This document shows, in pieces, positions 18,062-28,542 of a DNA stretch of 64,000 nt. Below the pieces are notes generated by a model. That model ran no database searches. It was not told the origin of the DNA and was given only the letters and a program-made list of their open reading frames with translations. The position numbers were made by a program, and so were the translations under genes. The stretch's first letter is position 1. The number at the start of each line of letters is the position of its first letter. The stretch spans positions 2,784,001 to 2,848,000 of the forward strand of contig OZ220733.1 of assembly GCA_965116875.1 (NCBI GenBank), written 5' to 3'. This DNA is from Candidatus Latescibacterota bacterium (GTDB taxonomy: Bacteria > Latescibacterota > UBA2968 > GCA-2709665).

Positions 18062-21000
18062 ATGATCAGCGGAATCAAAAGGGTACTGCTTTCTCTGTTG
18101 ACGCTCGGCGTCCTCGCACTCGTGGTGGTGTTCGACCCCGAGGATGTGTCCGACGTGATCAGGGATACGCTCGATATCCGGCAGTCACCGCCGCCCGCAG
18201 AGGTCCGGGGGGACCTGTCGGCCGCGGACCGGGCGGTACGGCGGGTTGTGGATGGAATCTCTGAAGACGACGTCCGCGCCCACGTGGCGGCCCTGACCCG
18301 GATGCCGTCGCGCGTGGTGGGATACGGCGGCGAACGGCAGGCGCGGGCCTACATCAGATCGCAGTTCGAGGCGCTGGGTCTCGAGCCGGTGAGCACGGAG
18401 ACGTTCGATGTGACCGTGCCGGTGGACCGGGGCGGCGTACTGAAGGTGACCGCCACCGGGGAGGAGATTTCCATTTACGGCCTCTGGCCGAACGACGTCC
18501 GGACGCCGACGCTCCCGGCCGGAGGCGTCGAGGGGCACCTGATCTACGGACGGCGCGGGGAGTTTTCGGACTTCAACGGGTCGGTCGTGGACGGAAGCGT
18601 CGTGTTGATGGACTTCGGCTGCGGACAGAACTACCTGAACGCGATGACCCTCGGCGCGAAGGCCATTCTCTTTTTCGACGACGGGAACGTGACCCGAGGT
18701 GAGGCGGAGGACAAGTTTCTGGAGGTGCCCGTGAACGTGCCCCGGTTCTGGGTGAACCGGGAGGATGCGCAACGCCTTCTGAATAAGGTTGAGCGCGGAG
18801 ACGTCAGGGTGCGTCTCACGGCCCGGATGGACTGGCAGACGGTGAAGGCGGCCAATGTCCTCGGATATCTGCCCGGATCGGACGCGCGCATTCCGGGAGG
18901 AACGGGCGCCAGGTGGAAGGACAGGCTGATTGTGGTAAGCGCCTATTACGACGCCATGTCCGTGGTGCCCGCGCTCGCCCCCGGCGCCGAAAGCGCATCG
19001 GGAGCCGCCGCCCTGCTCGAGGTGATCCGTTCGCTGAAGCGACACGGTTCCAGGTACTCCTTCCTCTTTCTGGCGACGTCGGCGCACTTCGAGGGGCTGA
19101 CGGGAATCAACGATTTTCTCTTCAGACATTCCCGCCGAAGCGATTATTTCCGGGACCGGATCCCCGAGGGCGAACGGATCGATTTCAGCCTGTTCATCGG
19201 GCTGGACCTGTCCAGCCGCAGCAGACAGGTGGGCGGATTCGCGATGGGGACCTTCTACAACGCCCGCAAGGGGACGGACGAATACCTGAAAAACCTGCTG
19301 ACGCCCTATTCGCACCGGTTCCGCGAGTACACCGGAGCACTCTTTCCGGATGAAGAGCGCTACGTGGACGTGGTCGCCCCTGCCAAGCGGCCCTGGACGT
19401 CGTATATGCCGGTCCCGCTGGCGCTGGAAAGCGAGGCCGCCGTTTTTGTCGGTCAGGAGGCGATGACGCTCGTGACCCTGTATGACGGTCGCGTCCGCAC
19501 CGACACGCCGCTCGATGTTCCGGAGGCGATGGCCTTTCCCCGGTTGACGGACCAGGTGCGGTCGGTTGCCGCAATGATGATCAGGGCGGGTAACGACCCG
19601 GGCTTCTTCCGCGAGACCCAGCTCCGGCTGATGGACCGCGGGCACCGCCTGTCCGGGCGGATTCTCTGGTTCGACCGGGACGTTGACTTCGCGATTCCCA
19701 GGGTGCCGGTTCCGGGAGCGCTGGTGACGTACAAGCAGCCGGGCCCCGGCAGTCTGGCCGGCGTGCGGACGCTCATGGTCACGCAGACCACCAGAGGCCC
19801 GATTTACGAGGGGCCGGCCTCCGGAGGGGGGTTGTACGGTTCCGGGAAAGCGGTCGCGCAGACCGGCCGGTTTGAATTCGATATCGTGAGAAACCGCTTT
19901 TCAAATCAGATTCTGGCATATGAACTCGACGCTGAGGGACGGATTGTCTCGGCGCCGGATATGGGAATAGACGGCGCCGGGTCGGATGGAAGAAACGGGA
20001 AGTATCCCCTGGTCCAGGGATACGGATGGTGGGACAACGAGATGATGGGCGTGCTGTTCAGGTGCCGGTCGCTGAGCCTGTTCGAGATTGTGGATTCCAG
20101 CTATCTGTCCGTGCTGGACCATATGAAGGTGCTGGGAAGGGACAACAGCGAACCGATAGAATACGGATTCCGGTACGTGGCCAACCAGGGCCGGAAGGAA
20201 GGAAAGGTCACCCAGGCGTCCGTGGCATTCGCTCCACCCGGCGAGCGGATCAAGATCCTGATGAGCAGCGGGCTCTTCGGAATCAAGTACCTGCTCATCA
20301 ACGCGCCGGAAGACCTGTTGAACGATCCCGTGGCTGCGCGACAGGTGAACGCGGAGACGGTGAAACGATCCATGGGAGCCGGGTACGTCCCGGACGGAAA
20401 TGCAATTACCCTGCCTTCATACCGCGCGGCGCGGGATATGTGGATCGTGGATGACGTCCGGATGAAGCAGCTGGCCCGGTACGGCGTCGAGAACCAGAGG
20501 CTTTCAAGGCTTCACGACCGTGCGCGCGCGTCTCTGCTCGAGGCGAACAGTCACCTGGAAAACCGCCGGTACGACCGTTTCATTGCATCGGCCAGGGAGG
20601 GCTGGGGGCTCGAGGCGCGCGGCTACCCCGAGGTGAAAGAGACAGCCAACGACACGGTCCGCGGCGTCATCTTCTATTTCGTCCTGCTGCTGCCGTTCTC
20701 GTTCTTCTGCGAGCGGCTGTTTTTCGGGTTTTCCGACGTCCACCGGCGGATTATCGGATTCGCCGCGATTCTCATTGCCATGTTCCTGGCCTTGCGGTGG
20801 GTACATCCCGCGTTTCAACTGTCCGGTTCTCCGTACATCATCTTTCTCGCCTTTGTCATCCTGTGTCTGGGCGGGGTGGCGATGGTGATCGTCGTGTCCC
20901 GGTTCGCCGATCAGGTCAGGCGCCTGAAGCAGTCCGCAACCGGTGTGTACGAAGAGGACGTGGGACGGATCTCGGCGACCATTGTGGCGTTTACGCTGGG

Positions 21001-22774
21001 GGTTTCGAATCTGCGAAAGCGACCGCTGCGCAGCGGGCTCACGGCGGTGACGCTGACCCTGCTGACCTTCACGGTGCTATCGTTTACGTCGGTTCAGACG
21101 TACTTGCGTTTCTACAAATTGCCGAGAGACAACCGGCCGCCCTACGAGGGAGCGCTGGTGAGAGACCGGAACTGGAGGGGCATGCAGCCCTCCGCGCTGA
21201 CCTATATCCAGAGTCACTTCGGCGGCTTCGCCCGGGTAGCGCCCCGGGCGTTTTACATTTCCGAAAAAAGAGGCGAGCGGGCGTATATCGACTTTGAGGA
21301 ACCCGAAAGCGGCCGGCGGAGTTTCGCGAACGGGCTGCTGGGCGTGACGCCGGTGGAGCCCCACGTGCTGGGGATGGACAGGCTGCTGACGGCCGGCCGC
21401 TGGTTCCGGGAGGGCGAACGGCACGCTGTCATATTACCGGGCGAACTTGCGGAACTCGTGGGGATCACCGGTGCGGACGTCGACGCCGGCCGGGCGAGGG
21501 TGCGAATGTTGGGGGTGGAGTTGGCCGTCGTCGGGATTCTGGACTCCGGGGCCGTGGACAGGCTTGCGGATATGGATGACGAACGCCTGACGCCCATCGA
21601 CACAACGATGGAGACCGCGGGAACGAGCGACTGGCGCAACCTGAGCCAGGACCCGAGGCTGATGGGAGCGGAGCCGATCGAGGCGTTCATTCACCTGGAC
21701 ACGAGCAATACCGCGCTGCTCCCGTACGAATTCGTCATTGAAATCGGGGGCACCCTCAGGTCGATTGCAATCACCGATTTCAAGGACGCCCAGGGCAACC
21801 CCAGCCCCGACGTCCGCGGGCAGATCGAAGACTTCATGTCGCGGGTTGCGCTGACGATGTTCGTTGGGATCGACGACGAGGTGACGGTTTACAGTTCCAT
21901 CGGCACCACCTCGCTTTCCGGCATCGCGAATCTCTTCATCCCTCTGGTGATCGCCTCGCTCATCGTCTTGAATACGATGATGGGCGCCGTGTACGAAAGA
22001 TTCCGTGAAATCGGTGTCTATTCGGCGGTGGGGCTGGCGCCCAGCCACATTTCCGCGCTCTTCCTGGCCGAAGCGGCCGTGTTCGCCACACTCGGAGCGG
22101 CGTTCGGCTACCTGATCGGCCAGGCGGTGGCGATGGTCCTGTACGAGCGGGGGGCGCTGGGCGGGCTTTCGTTGAACTACTCTTCCCTGTCGGCGGTTTC
22201 TTCCACGCTTATGGTCATGCTGGCGGTATTCCTGTCCACCCTCTATCCGGCCAGGAAGGCCGAGCAGATGTCCGTACCGGACGTGACGCGGCGGTGGCAG
22301 TTTCCGGATCCGGAAGGGGACGCCTGGACGTTCGACTTTCCGTTCACCCTGGCGGGATCGGAAGCCCTCGGGATGTACACCTATCTCTTTCGGTGTTTCG
22401 AGTCGTTTGGCGAGGGTTCCCTGGGCCGCTTCGTTTCGCAGGACGTGCGTTTCGGGTCCGATCCGCTTCCGGCCGGAACGGGATACCATATCGCGCTGCG
22501 GATGTGGCTGGCGCCATACGATCTGGGCATCAGCCAGGACGTTCAGATGGTTGCCATTCCCACGGGAGAACACGAAATTTACCGGATAGAGGTCCGTATC
22601 CATCGCCTGAGCGGAGACGTGAACTCGTGGCAGCGCGTGAACAGGGGCTTTCTGAACGACCTCCGCAAGCTCTTCCTGGTATGGAAGACGATGCCTCCGG
22701 AAACGAAGACGGACTATGCGCGGCAGGGCGAGGCGGAACTGGAATCGTCGCCGGTCCGGGAGGTCGCGTCCTGA
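18062..22774 (+). CDS. FtsX/MacB-like permease fused to N-terminal M28-peptidase-like (PA-inserted) extracytoplasmic domain
   Basis: SRVVGYGGE; PA-like GHLIYG..G.FSDFNG; VSAYYD / GAESASG; NLRKRPLRSGLT; LTAGRWF; VYERFREIGVYSAVG; LYPARKA. Confidence 0.8.
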   Translation: MISGIKRVLLSLLTLGVLALVVVFDPEDVSDVIRDTLDIRQSPPPAEVRGDLSAADRAVRRVVDGISEDDVRAHVAALTRMPSRVVGYGGERQARAYIRSQFEALGLEPVSTETFDVTVPVDRGGVLKVTATGEEISIYGLWPNDVRTPTLPAGGVEGHLIYGRRGEFSDFNGSVVDGSVVLMDFGCGQNYLNAMTLGAKAILFFDDGNVTRGEAEDKFLEVPVNVPRFWVNREDAQRLLNKVERGDVRVRLTARMDWQTVKAANVLGYLPGSDARIPGGTGARWKDRLIVVSAYYDAMSVVPALAPGAESASGAAALLEVIRSLKRHGSRYSFLFLATSAHFEGLTGINDFLFRHSRRSDYFRDRIPEGERIDFSLFIGLDLSSRSRQVGGFAMGTFYNARKGTDEYLKNLLTPYSHRFREYTGALFPDEERYVDVVAPAKRPWTSYMPVPLALESEAAVFVGQEAMTLVTLYDGRVRTDTPLDVPEAMAFPRLTDQVRSVAAMMIRAGNDPGFFRETQLRLMDRGHRLSGRILWFDRDVDFAIPRVPVPGALVTYKQPGPGSLAGVRTLMVTQTTRGPIYEGPASGGGLYGSGKAVAQTGRFEFDIVRNRFSNQILAYELDAEGRIVSAPDMGIDGAGSDGRNGKYPLVQGYGWWDNEMMGVLFRCRSLSLFEIVDSSYLSVLDHMKVLGRDNSEPIEYGFRYVANQGRKEGKVTQASVAFAPPGERIKILMSSGLFGIKYLLINAPEDLLNDPVAARQVNAETVKRSMGAGYVPDGNAITLPSYRAARDMWIVDDVRMKQLARYGVENQRLSRLHDRARASLLEANSHLENRRYDRFIASAREGWGLEARGYPEVKETANDTVRGVIFYFVLLLPFSFFCERLFFGFSDVHRRIIGFAAILIAMFLALRWVHPAFQLSGSPYIIFLAFVILCLGGVAMVIVVSRFADQVRRLKQSATGVYEEDVGRISATIVAFTLGVSNLRKRPLRSGLTAVTLTLLTFTVLSFTSVQTYLRFYKLPRDNRPPYEGALVRDRNWRGMQPSALTYIQSHFGGFARVAPRAFYISEKRGERAYIDFEEPESGRRSFANGLLGVTPVEPHVLGMDRLLTAGRWFREGERHAVILPGELAELVGITGADVDAGRARVRMLGVELAVVGILDSGAVDRLADMDDERLTPIDTTMETAGTSDWRNLSQDPRLMGAEPIEAFIHLDTSNTALLPYEFVIEIGGTLRSIAITDFKDAQGNPSPDVRGQIEDFMSRVALTMFVGIDDEVTVYSSIGTTSLSGIANLFIPLVIASLIVLNTMMGAVYERFREIGVYSAVGLAPSHISALFLAEAAVFATLGAAFGYLIGQAVAMVLYERGALGGLSLNYSSLSAVSSTLMVMLAVFLSTLYPARKAEQMSVPDVTRRWQFPDPEGDAWTFDFPFTLAGSEALGMYTYLFRCFESFGEGSLGRFVSQDVRFGSDPLPAGTGYHIALRMWLAPYDLGISQDVQMVAIPTGEHEIYRIEVRIHRLSGDVNSWQRVNRGFLNDLRKLFLVWKTMPPETKTDYARQGEAELESSPVREVAS

Positions 22775-22799
22775 ACGGGCAAACTGAGGAATATGCGGT

Positions 22800-24767
22800 A
22801 TGGCGAGTCCCGCCGGGCAACGCGAAGTCGATGCAGCCGGACCGAAGTTGGCGATCACCGGGGTTTCGGCGCGCGCCCTGAGCGTAGGCCTGGGCATTGC
22901 CGCCCTGCACAATTTCTGGAGCCTGCACTCGCTCTATATCATCCGGGGATCATGGCTGAACCGGACTCACTTCCCCATGGGCGTGTTCGTGCCGTTCCTG
23001 ATCCTCGTCCTGGCGACTCCGGTCCTCCGGCGGTTCGTACCCAGATGGGCGATGTCCGGCCCTGAACTCCTGGTGGCGCTGTGTGCGGGCCTGGCGGGGG
23101 GTATGGTGCCAACGTTCGGGCTGTCCACGACCTGGATCGGCATGCTGGCCATCCCGCATTATCTCGCCACGCCGGAGAATCAGTGGGGAGAGTACCTCCT
23201 GCCCCACGTGCCGGGATGGATGGTGCCGTCCAACGCGCAGGGAGCCATGAGATGGCTCTTCGAGGGTCTTCCCCCCGGTGAAGGGATTCCCTGGGGTGAA
23301 TGGGCAGTTCCCCTCTTCTGGTGGACGGCGCTGCTGGGCGGCATGGCGCTGGTTTCGTTCTGTACGGTTGCAGTGCTGCACCGGCAGTGGTCGGGGCACG
23401 AACGGCTGGCCTATCCCATCCCCTCGGTGGCCTCGGACATGGCGGAGGGAGCCGTAGGCAGAGGTGAATGGGCGGGGCTTTTGCGGAACCGGCTGTTCAT
23501 TGCAGGATTGTCGGCCGCGCTGGCGATCAAGGTCTGGAACATGGTGCCGGCCTTCGTGCACGGATTCCCGATGATCCGTCTGTTTCACCAGCAGTTGTGG
23601 GTGTATTTTACGCAGTACTCCATGGTCCACGTGAGCCTGAACTTCTACACGATCGGGTTCGCGTACATGACGGGCCTGGACCTGCTGCTGAGTATCTGGC
23701 TGTTTCATCTATTCTACATTCTGGAGATCGCGGCGTTCGCCAGGGTTGGGCTGGGCGTCGCGGGATTTTCCGGCGGAGACGTGTCATGGCAGGGCGGCGG
23801 AGCGATGATGTGTTACGTGGGGCTGGCGCTCTGGACGGCCCGGGGGCACCTCCGGCGCGTGGTTCGCCGGGCGCTGGGACGAACGGACGGCGCAGAGGAC
23901 GCCGGGGAGATCATGCGGTACCGATGGGCGGTGTGGGGCCTGGTTCTGGGGTTGGCTTTTGTCATCTGCTGGTTGCGGATGGCCGGTATGGGACTGCTTC
24001 TGGCCACGGCGCTGACCCTGCTGTTGTTCATCAGTTACCTGGGTCTCGCGCGGATCGTGGCGCAGACCGGCCTGCTCTACGTCAACCTGCCGCAGAGCGC
24101 CCAGGGGTTCGTTCTGGGCACCGCGGGCGCGGCGTCCATTCCGGGATCGGGACTCACGGCCATGGCGTTTACCAATGTCTTCGCCAACGACCACATGGGC
24201 CTGTTCATGCCGGCCTTCGTGCAGATTGCAAAGCTGGCGGAACGGGTGGAGCGTCACCGCAAGCGGCTGGGTTGGGTTGTGGGGCTGGGCCTGTTGACGA
24301 GCATCGCGACGTCCGTGGCCCTCACCCTTTACTGGGGGTATTCCGGCGGGGCGTACAATTTCGGCAGTATCGCGCTGTTCCGGAGAACGGTGCCGAGCGT
24401 GAACGGATACGTGAGCCACATGCGCAGCCCGGACCCCGTTCAGGCGGCGCCGTTCATTCTCTTTGCGGCCGGCGCCGCGGGGATGGCCCTGCTGGCGTTC
24501 CTGCGATACCGGTTCAACTGGTGGCCGGTGCACCCGGCCGGGCTGGCGGTGGGCTACACCGGCATGACGAGGCACGCGGCCTTCAGCATCTTTGCCGCAT
24601 GGGTCTGCAAGTTTATCGTGATTAAAACAGGCGGCATGCTGCTCTACCGGCGGACCGTGCCGTTCTTTATCGGGACCATTGTCGGATACGCTTTGGCCGT
24701 TCCCCTGGGTTACGTGCTGGACGTAATCTTTTTCGAGGGTCAGGGGCATGCCGTACACGCATACTGA
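22800..24767 (+). CDS. DUF6785/DUF6784-like multi-pass membrane protein (paralog of 15913..17877)
   Basis: PHYLATPENQW, IPWGEWAVP, RQWSGHERLAYP, WWPVHPAG. Confidence 0.8.
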   Translation: MASPAGQREVDAAGPKLAITGVSARALSVGLGIAALHNFWSLHSLYIIRGSWLNRTHFPMGVFVPFLILVLATPVLRRFVPRWAMSGPELLVALCAGLAGGMVPTFGLSTTWIGMLAIPHYLATPENQWGEYLLPHVPGWMVPSNAQGAMRWLFEGLPPGEGIPWGEWAVPLFWWTALLGGMALVSFCTVAVLHRQWSGHERLAYPIPSVASDMAEGAVGRGEWAGLLRNRLFIAGLSAALAIKVWNMVPAFVHGFPMIRLFHQQLWVYFTQYSMVHVSLNFYTIGFAYMTGLDLLLSIWLFHLFYILEIAAFARVGLGVAGFSGGDVSWQGGGAMMCYVGLALWTARGHLRRVVRRALGRTDGAEDAGEIMRYRWAVWGLVLGLAFVICWLRMAGMGLLLATALTLLLFISYLGLARIVAQTGLLYVNLPQSAQGFVLGTAGAASIPGSGLTAMAFTNVFANDHMGLFMPAFVQIAKLAERVERHRKRLGWVVGLGLLTSIATSVALTLYWGYSGGAYNFGSIALFRRTVPSVNGYVSHMRSPDPVQAAPFILFAAGAAGMALLAFLRYRFNWWPVHPAGLAVGYTGMTRHAAFSIFAAWVCKFIVIKTGGMLLYRRTVPFFIGTIVGYALAVPLGYVLDVIFFEGQGHAVHAY

Positions 24768-24803
24768 TTCAGAAGCCCCGTATGTCACGGAGGGAATGAT
24801 GCG

Positions 24804-27800
24804 ATGCGAATACCACCGGTGTACACGAAACTGAAGGACCTGAATCTCGATACGCAACTGGTCCTGAGCGGTAAGGCAAATGCGACGATCGTTGTCCCGG
24901 AGAGTGGACTTTACGCCGGGGCCGCGAGTCGCGTTCAGGCGGCGATTCAGGCACAGACCGGGGTACTCTTACCCGTTGTCAATGACACATCCGCAGCCGG
25001 AGGCGTGCCCATCTCCGGGCATCTCATCGTCCTTGGCAACCGGTCCGGCAACCGGACCATAGAATCGCTCTACAACCTGTACTACACGCTGCTCGACCTG
25101 CGCTATCCCGGACCGGGCGGGCACGAGGTCCGGTCGCTTCACAATCCGTTCGGCAACGGTTGCAACGTGATCTTTGTGGGCGGCAGCGATGCGGAGGGCG
25201 TGGAAGCGGCGGCCGACGTACTGGCGGGGAAGGTGTTGGACGCGGAGGCCGGGGAGGGCGGGCTTACCCTGGGCTGGCTGATGGAGATCGAACTGGGTCG
25301 GGGGGTCCGGGTTCCCGAGGACATCCGGGAATTCGAGACCTGGGAGGCGTCCGCCGGGTACGGTTCGGTGGGGTATTTCGGGTGGAACAGCATCAGCAAG
25401 CGAATGGCGATGTACTACATGACCGGAGACGCCTTTCACGCGCGCGAAGCCATCCGGCTGGCCTTCCCGGACGACCGGGCGATGGCGGAAATTACGGAAA
25501 TCGACGGAGAGCGGATCGAGAACAAGGACGAGCCGCTGAGCGGACCCTACCATTACAACGCGCATATGATGATCCTGTACTGGGATCTGATAGAAGAAAG
25601 TCCCGTATTTACGGACGATGAACGCCTGCGTGTGACCAACGCGTTCGCCGCACAATTCGGCCACGCGCAGGACCAGGGCGCCAGGCGGCGGGTCGTTGAA
25701 AACGTGCGTCGCGGCGCGAGTGGATTCGGAGAACCGCCGCACAGCGTGGGGTCGCGGCACGGGCAGTGGTCCGCGATTTCACTGTACTGCCTGGGCCGTT
25801 ACTTCCAGGCCTGTTACCCGAGCCCCCTCTGGGAGCAATCCATGGATGCCGCCAGGTGGCATTTCGCATCGCTGCATCACCACGCCCTGGTGGACGGGGA
25901 ACACGACAATCTATTCTGGTACAATACGGGAATGGCTCCTGTTCTGAGCTATATGCTGCTTACGGGCGACCGGAAGCCCATTGAAAACGGCGTGATGGCC
26001 AATCTGCTTCGCGGGCAGGAGATCCTCGCCTCGGGGCGCGAACCCGACTGGGCCCTGAGTTCCGCGTCCATCGGATTTCTCAACAAGGCCGCCTATCTGA
26101 CCGGTGACGGCCGTTACCGCGAGTACCTGCGCCGGACCGGGATGGACCTGAACATCTTCCGGCTGGGGCAGTCCTTCTGGCCGGAAGACGATATCGAGCC
26201 CGGCCTGCCCACGGATCTTGTGAACCAGTGGTCCATCCATCCCATCCCCGAGCCGCTGTGGCAGGAGCGTCACAGCGGATTGCCGCTTGAAGACTCCTTT
26301 CTATTCGGCAGTTTTCGGAGCGCGGCGGATTCGACCGGCGATTTCATCCTGGCGAAGGGGATGAACGGCGCGTCCCGAAACGCGTATCACACCTTTGTCG
26401 TCCTGGAGTTGCGGCTGGATGGAGAAACGTTGCTGGAAGGCTATCTGAACCAGGTGTTGACGCGTTCCGAAGGGATGGTGGAGCCGGTGGTGGCGATGGA
26501 TTCCGCGCTGAAGTATCGGGACGTGGTCGGTGGGACGGCCGTGGTCGCGGCAGAGGTACCGAGGGCGGCGTTCTGCGCCTGGCGCAGGACGCTGGCGCAG
26601 CGCGTCGGCCGGTATACCCTGTTTGTCGACAGGCTGACATTCCGTGCGGACAGCGAGGAGCTGGAGGTGGAGTTCCTCTGGCAGGGGAAAGGCGCGTGGG
26701 CGGCATTGCCGGATGGCGGCGCCACGCGTATCCGGGAAATCGCCCGGATCTGTATGTCGGATCCGGTAGAGACGAACGTTGAGGACAGCCAGGCCCGCAT
26801 GCTGTGGCGGGGTGCCGTGAAGAAGGGAAGCGGGAAATGCTGGTTTTCGTTACTGGCAGGGGACGGGACGGCGTGCGCGCGGCTGGACGAAAACGCCGCG
26901 GCACTGGCGCTTCCGGAGCCGGCCGTGGCCGTCTCTGGGGAATACGAGGGACTGAACGGCGAGCTTGTGGTGCTGGCCGGTACCCATCTGCACGGCGTCA
27001 ACCTGACCGCGGCGGCGCTGGGCGCGTTGCTGTTCCGCGCCAGCGCGCCGGTTCAGGTCGACTGGGACTTTTGCAGTGGCGCCATGGAGGTGGTCGCGGA
27101 TGAAGAGACCGAGGTCCGGCTCACCGTTTCCGATCCGGACGGCGTGCGCGTTGGCGGAAACGTCGCGGAGTACGGGACGGATGGACCGGGTGCGGCGACC
27201 CTCCGAATCCCCGCGGGGAGACATTCAGTTTCCGGCGCGGCGCCTGACGCGGCCGCGCTTGAAAGGGTGACGGCGCGGCTTGCGGGCCTTCTGGAGCAGG
27301 GCCGGGATGCCAGACGGCAATCCGCGGCCGCGCCATCGCCCGTTTTGCCGGATGTGCCGTCCCTGTCGCCGGTTTTCGCGTCCCGGGCGGGTGGCGGCGT
27401 GGTGGACCTGGTCGCGGTGGATTCCGGCGGGAGAACGCTGATCTGCGCTGCCGAAAACCGGAATGTCCACGTGATTTCGCAGGACGGTGAAAAACTCCGA
27501 TCCATGCCGACGGACGGTCCCATCCGTCTCCTCCACTGGTGGGGGGAACACGGCCTGCTTCTGGCCGGATGTGAGGACGAAAAGGTCGTCGCGTTCGATC
27601 CGCAATCCGGCGTCCGGAAGTGGGTCTTCGTTTCCGAGGAAGACCCCGCCGTGTTCAGGGCCGCGAAACCCTACTGGTTCAAGACGGCGCCGGGACACGC
27701 GGGCGTTCACGGACTCCATTCAGGCGTTTTTCTGGATGGCAGAAGCCAGGCATTCGTGGGCAGCGCCTGTACGCTCGAGATTCTGGATGAGGACGGGAAC

Positions 27801-28520
27801 CTGGTGAAACGGCTCCCGGTATTCTGGGGCCCGGGTTCCCGGTTCGCCCTGATCGACGGGCCCGAAGGCGGCATCGATCTGCTGATCGCAAGGCAGCCCA
27901 CGGATTCCCACGCGATGGCCGTGGTGAATAACCGGGAACTGGATCCGAAGCAGCGCGCTTTCCGCGACGTGCCGGACGGGCATACGGATATCGGCGGGTG
28001 GGCTTGCATGAGCCGGAAGCACATTTTTCACGAGGACCTTGACGGGGACGGCAGGAGGGAAGTGGTCAGCGAGATCAACGGGACCTGGAACCGGGTGACG
28101 GTCTGGACGGAGGACGGGCGCGCCCTGCACAACGTACATCTGGGCCCGGGGCAGCGTATTCCCGCGGACAACGTGCGGGACTTCGACGTTATCGACCTGG
28201 ATGGCGACGGAAGGAAGGCGCTCCTCGCTGCGCTGTCGGGCGGGCTGATTCTCGCCCTCGATCACCGGTGTGAGAAGGTCTGGTCGAGGCGGCTGCCGTC
28301 ACCACCGGCAGTGATGGCGGCATCGAGAACCGGGAGCGGCGTGAGTGTGGTGGCGGGATGCGAAGACGGGACCCTGGTCGTCCTGGACGGCGAGGGAGAG
28401 GTCGTCCGATCGGGCAGGTTGGACGGGAGGCCGACCTGCATAGAGGCGATAAACGGAGCGGTTGTCGTGGCCACGGATGAGGGGCAGGTCAGCGGGTGGC
28501 GCGCGGACGACGGGCGGTAA
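24804..28520 (+). CDS. Lyase-like alpha-toroid protein with C-terminal FG-GAP/PQQ-like beta-propeller
   Basis: Shares LKDLxLxT, YPGPGGHEVRSLHNPFGNG.NV and WDLIEESPVF with 28543 and 40836; DLDGDG repeats at the C-terminus. Confidence 0.7.
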   Translation: MRIPPVYTKLKDLNLDTQLVLSGKANATIVVPESGLYAGAASRVQAAIQAQTGVLLPVVNDTSAAGGVPISGHLIVLGNRSGNRTIESLYNLYYTLLDLRYPGPGGHEVRSLHNPFGNGCNVIFVGGSDAEGVEAAADVLAGKVLDAEAGEGGLTLGWLMEIELGRGVRVPEDIREFETWEASAGYGSVGYFGWNSISKRMAMYYMTGDAFHAREAIRLAFPDDRAMAEITEIDGERIENKDEPLSGPYHYNAHMMILYWDLIEESPVFTDDERLRVTNAFAAQFGHAQDQGARRRVVENVRRGASGFGEPPHSVGSRHGQWSAISLYCLGRYFQACYPSPLWEQSMDAARWHFASLHHHALVDGEHDNLFWYNTGMAPVLSYMLLTGDRKPIENGVMANLLRGQEILASGREPDWALSSASIGFLNKAAYLTGDGRYREYLRRTGMDLNIFRLGQSFWPEDDIEPGLPTDLVNQWSIHPIPEPLWQERHSGLPLEDSFLFGSFRSAADSTGDFILAKGMNGASRNAYHTFVVLELRLDGETLLEGYLNQVLTRSEGMVEPVVAMDSALKYRDVVGGTAVVAAEVPRAAFCAWRRTLAQRVGRYTLFVDRLTFRADSEELEVEFLWQGKGAWAALPDGGATRIREIARICMSDPVETNVEDSQARMLWRGAVKKGSGKCWFSLLAGDGTACARLDENAAALALPEPAVAVSGEYEGLNGELVVLAGTHLHGVNLTAAALGALLFRASAPVQVDWDFCSGAMEVVADEETEVRLTVSDPDGVRVGGNVAEYGTDGPGAATLRIPAGRHSVSGAAPDAAALERVTARLAGLLEQGRDARRQSAAAPSPVLPDVPSLSPVFASRAGGGVVDLVAVDSGGRTLICAAENRNVHVISQDGEKLRSMPTDGPIRLLHWWGEHGLLLAGCEDEKVVAFDPQSGVRKWVFVSEEDPAVFRAAKPYWFKTAPGHAGVHGLHSGVFLDGRSQAFVGSACTLEILDEDGNLVKRLPVFWGPGSRFALIDGPEGGIDLLIARQPTDSHAMAVVNNRELDPKQRAFRDVPDGHTDIGGWACMSRKHIFHEDLDGDGRREVVSEINGTWNRVTVWTEDGRALHNVHLGPGQRIPADNVRDFDVIDLDGDGRKALLAALSGGLILALDHRCEKVWSRRLPSPPAVMAASRTGSGVSVVAGCEDGTLVVLDGEGEVVRSGRLDGRPTCIEAINGAVVVATDEGQVSGWRADDGR

Positions 28521-28542
28521 GCCGGAAGCACCGGGAGGAAAA

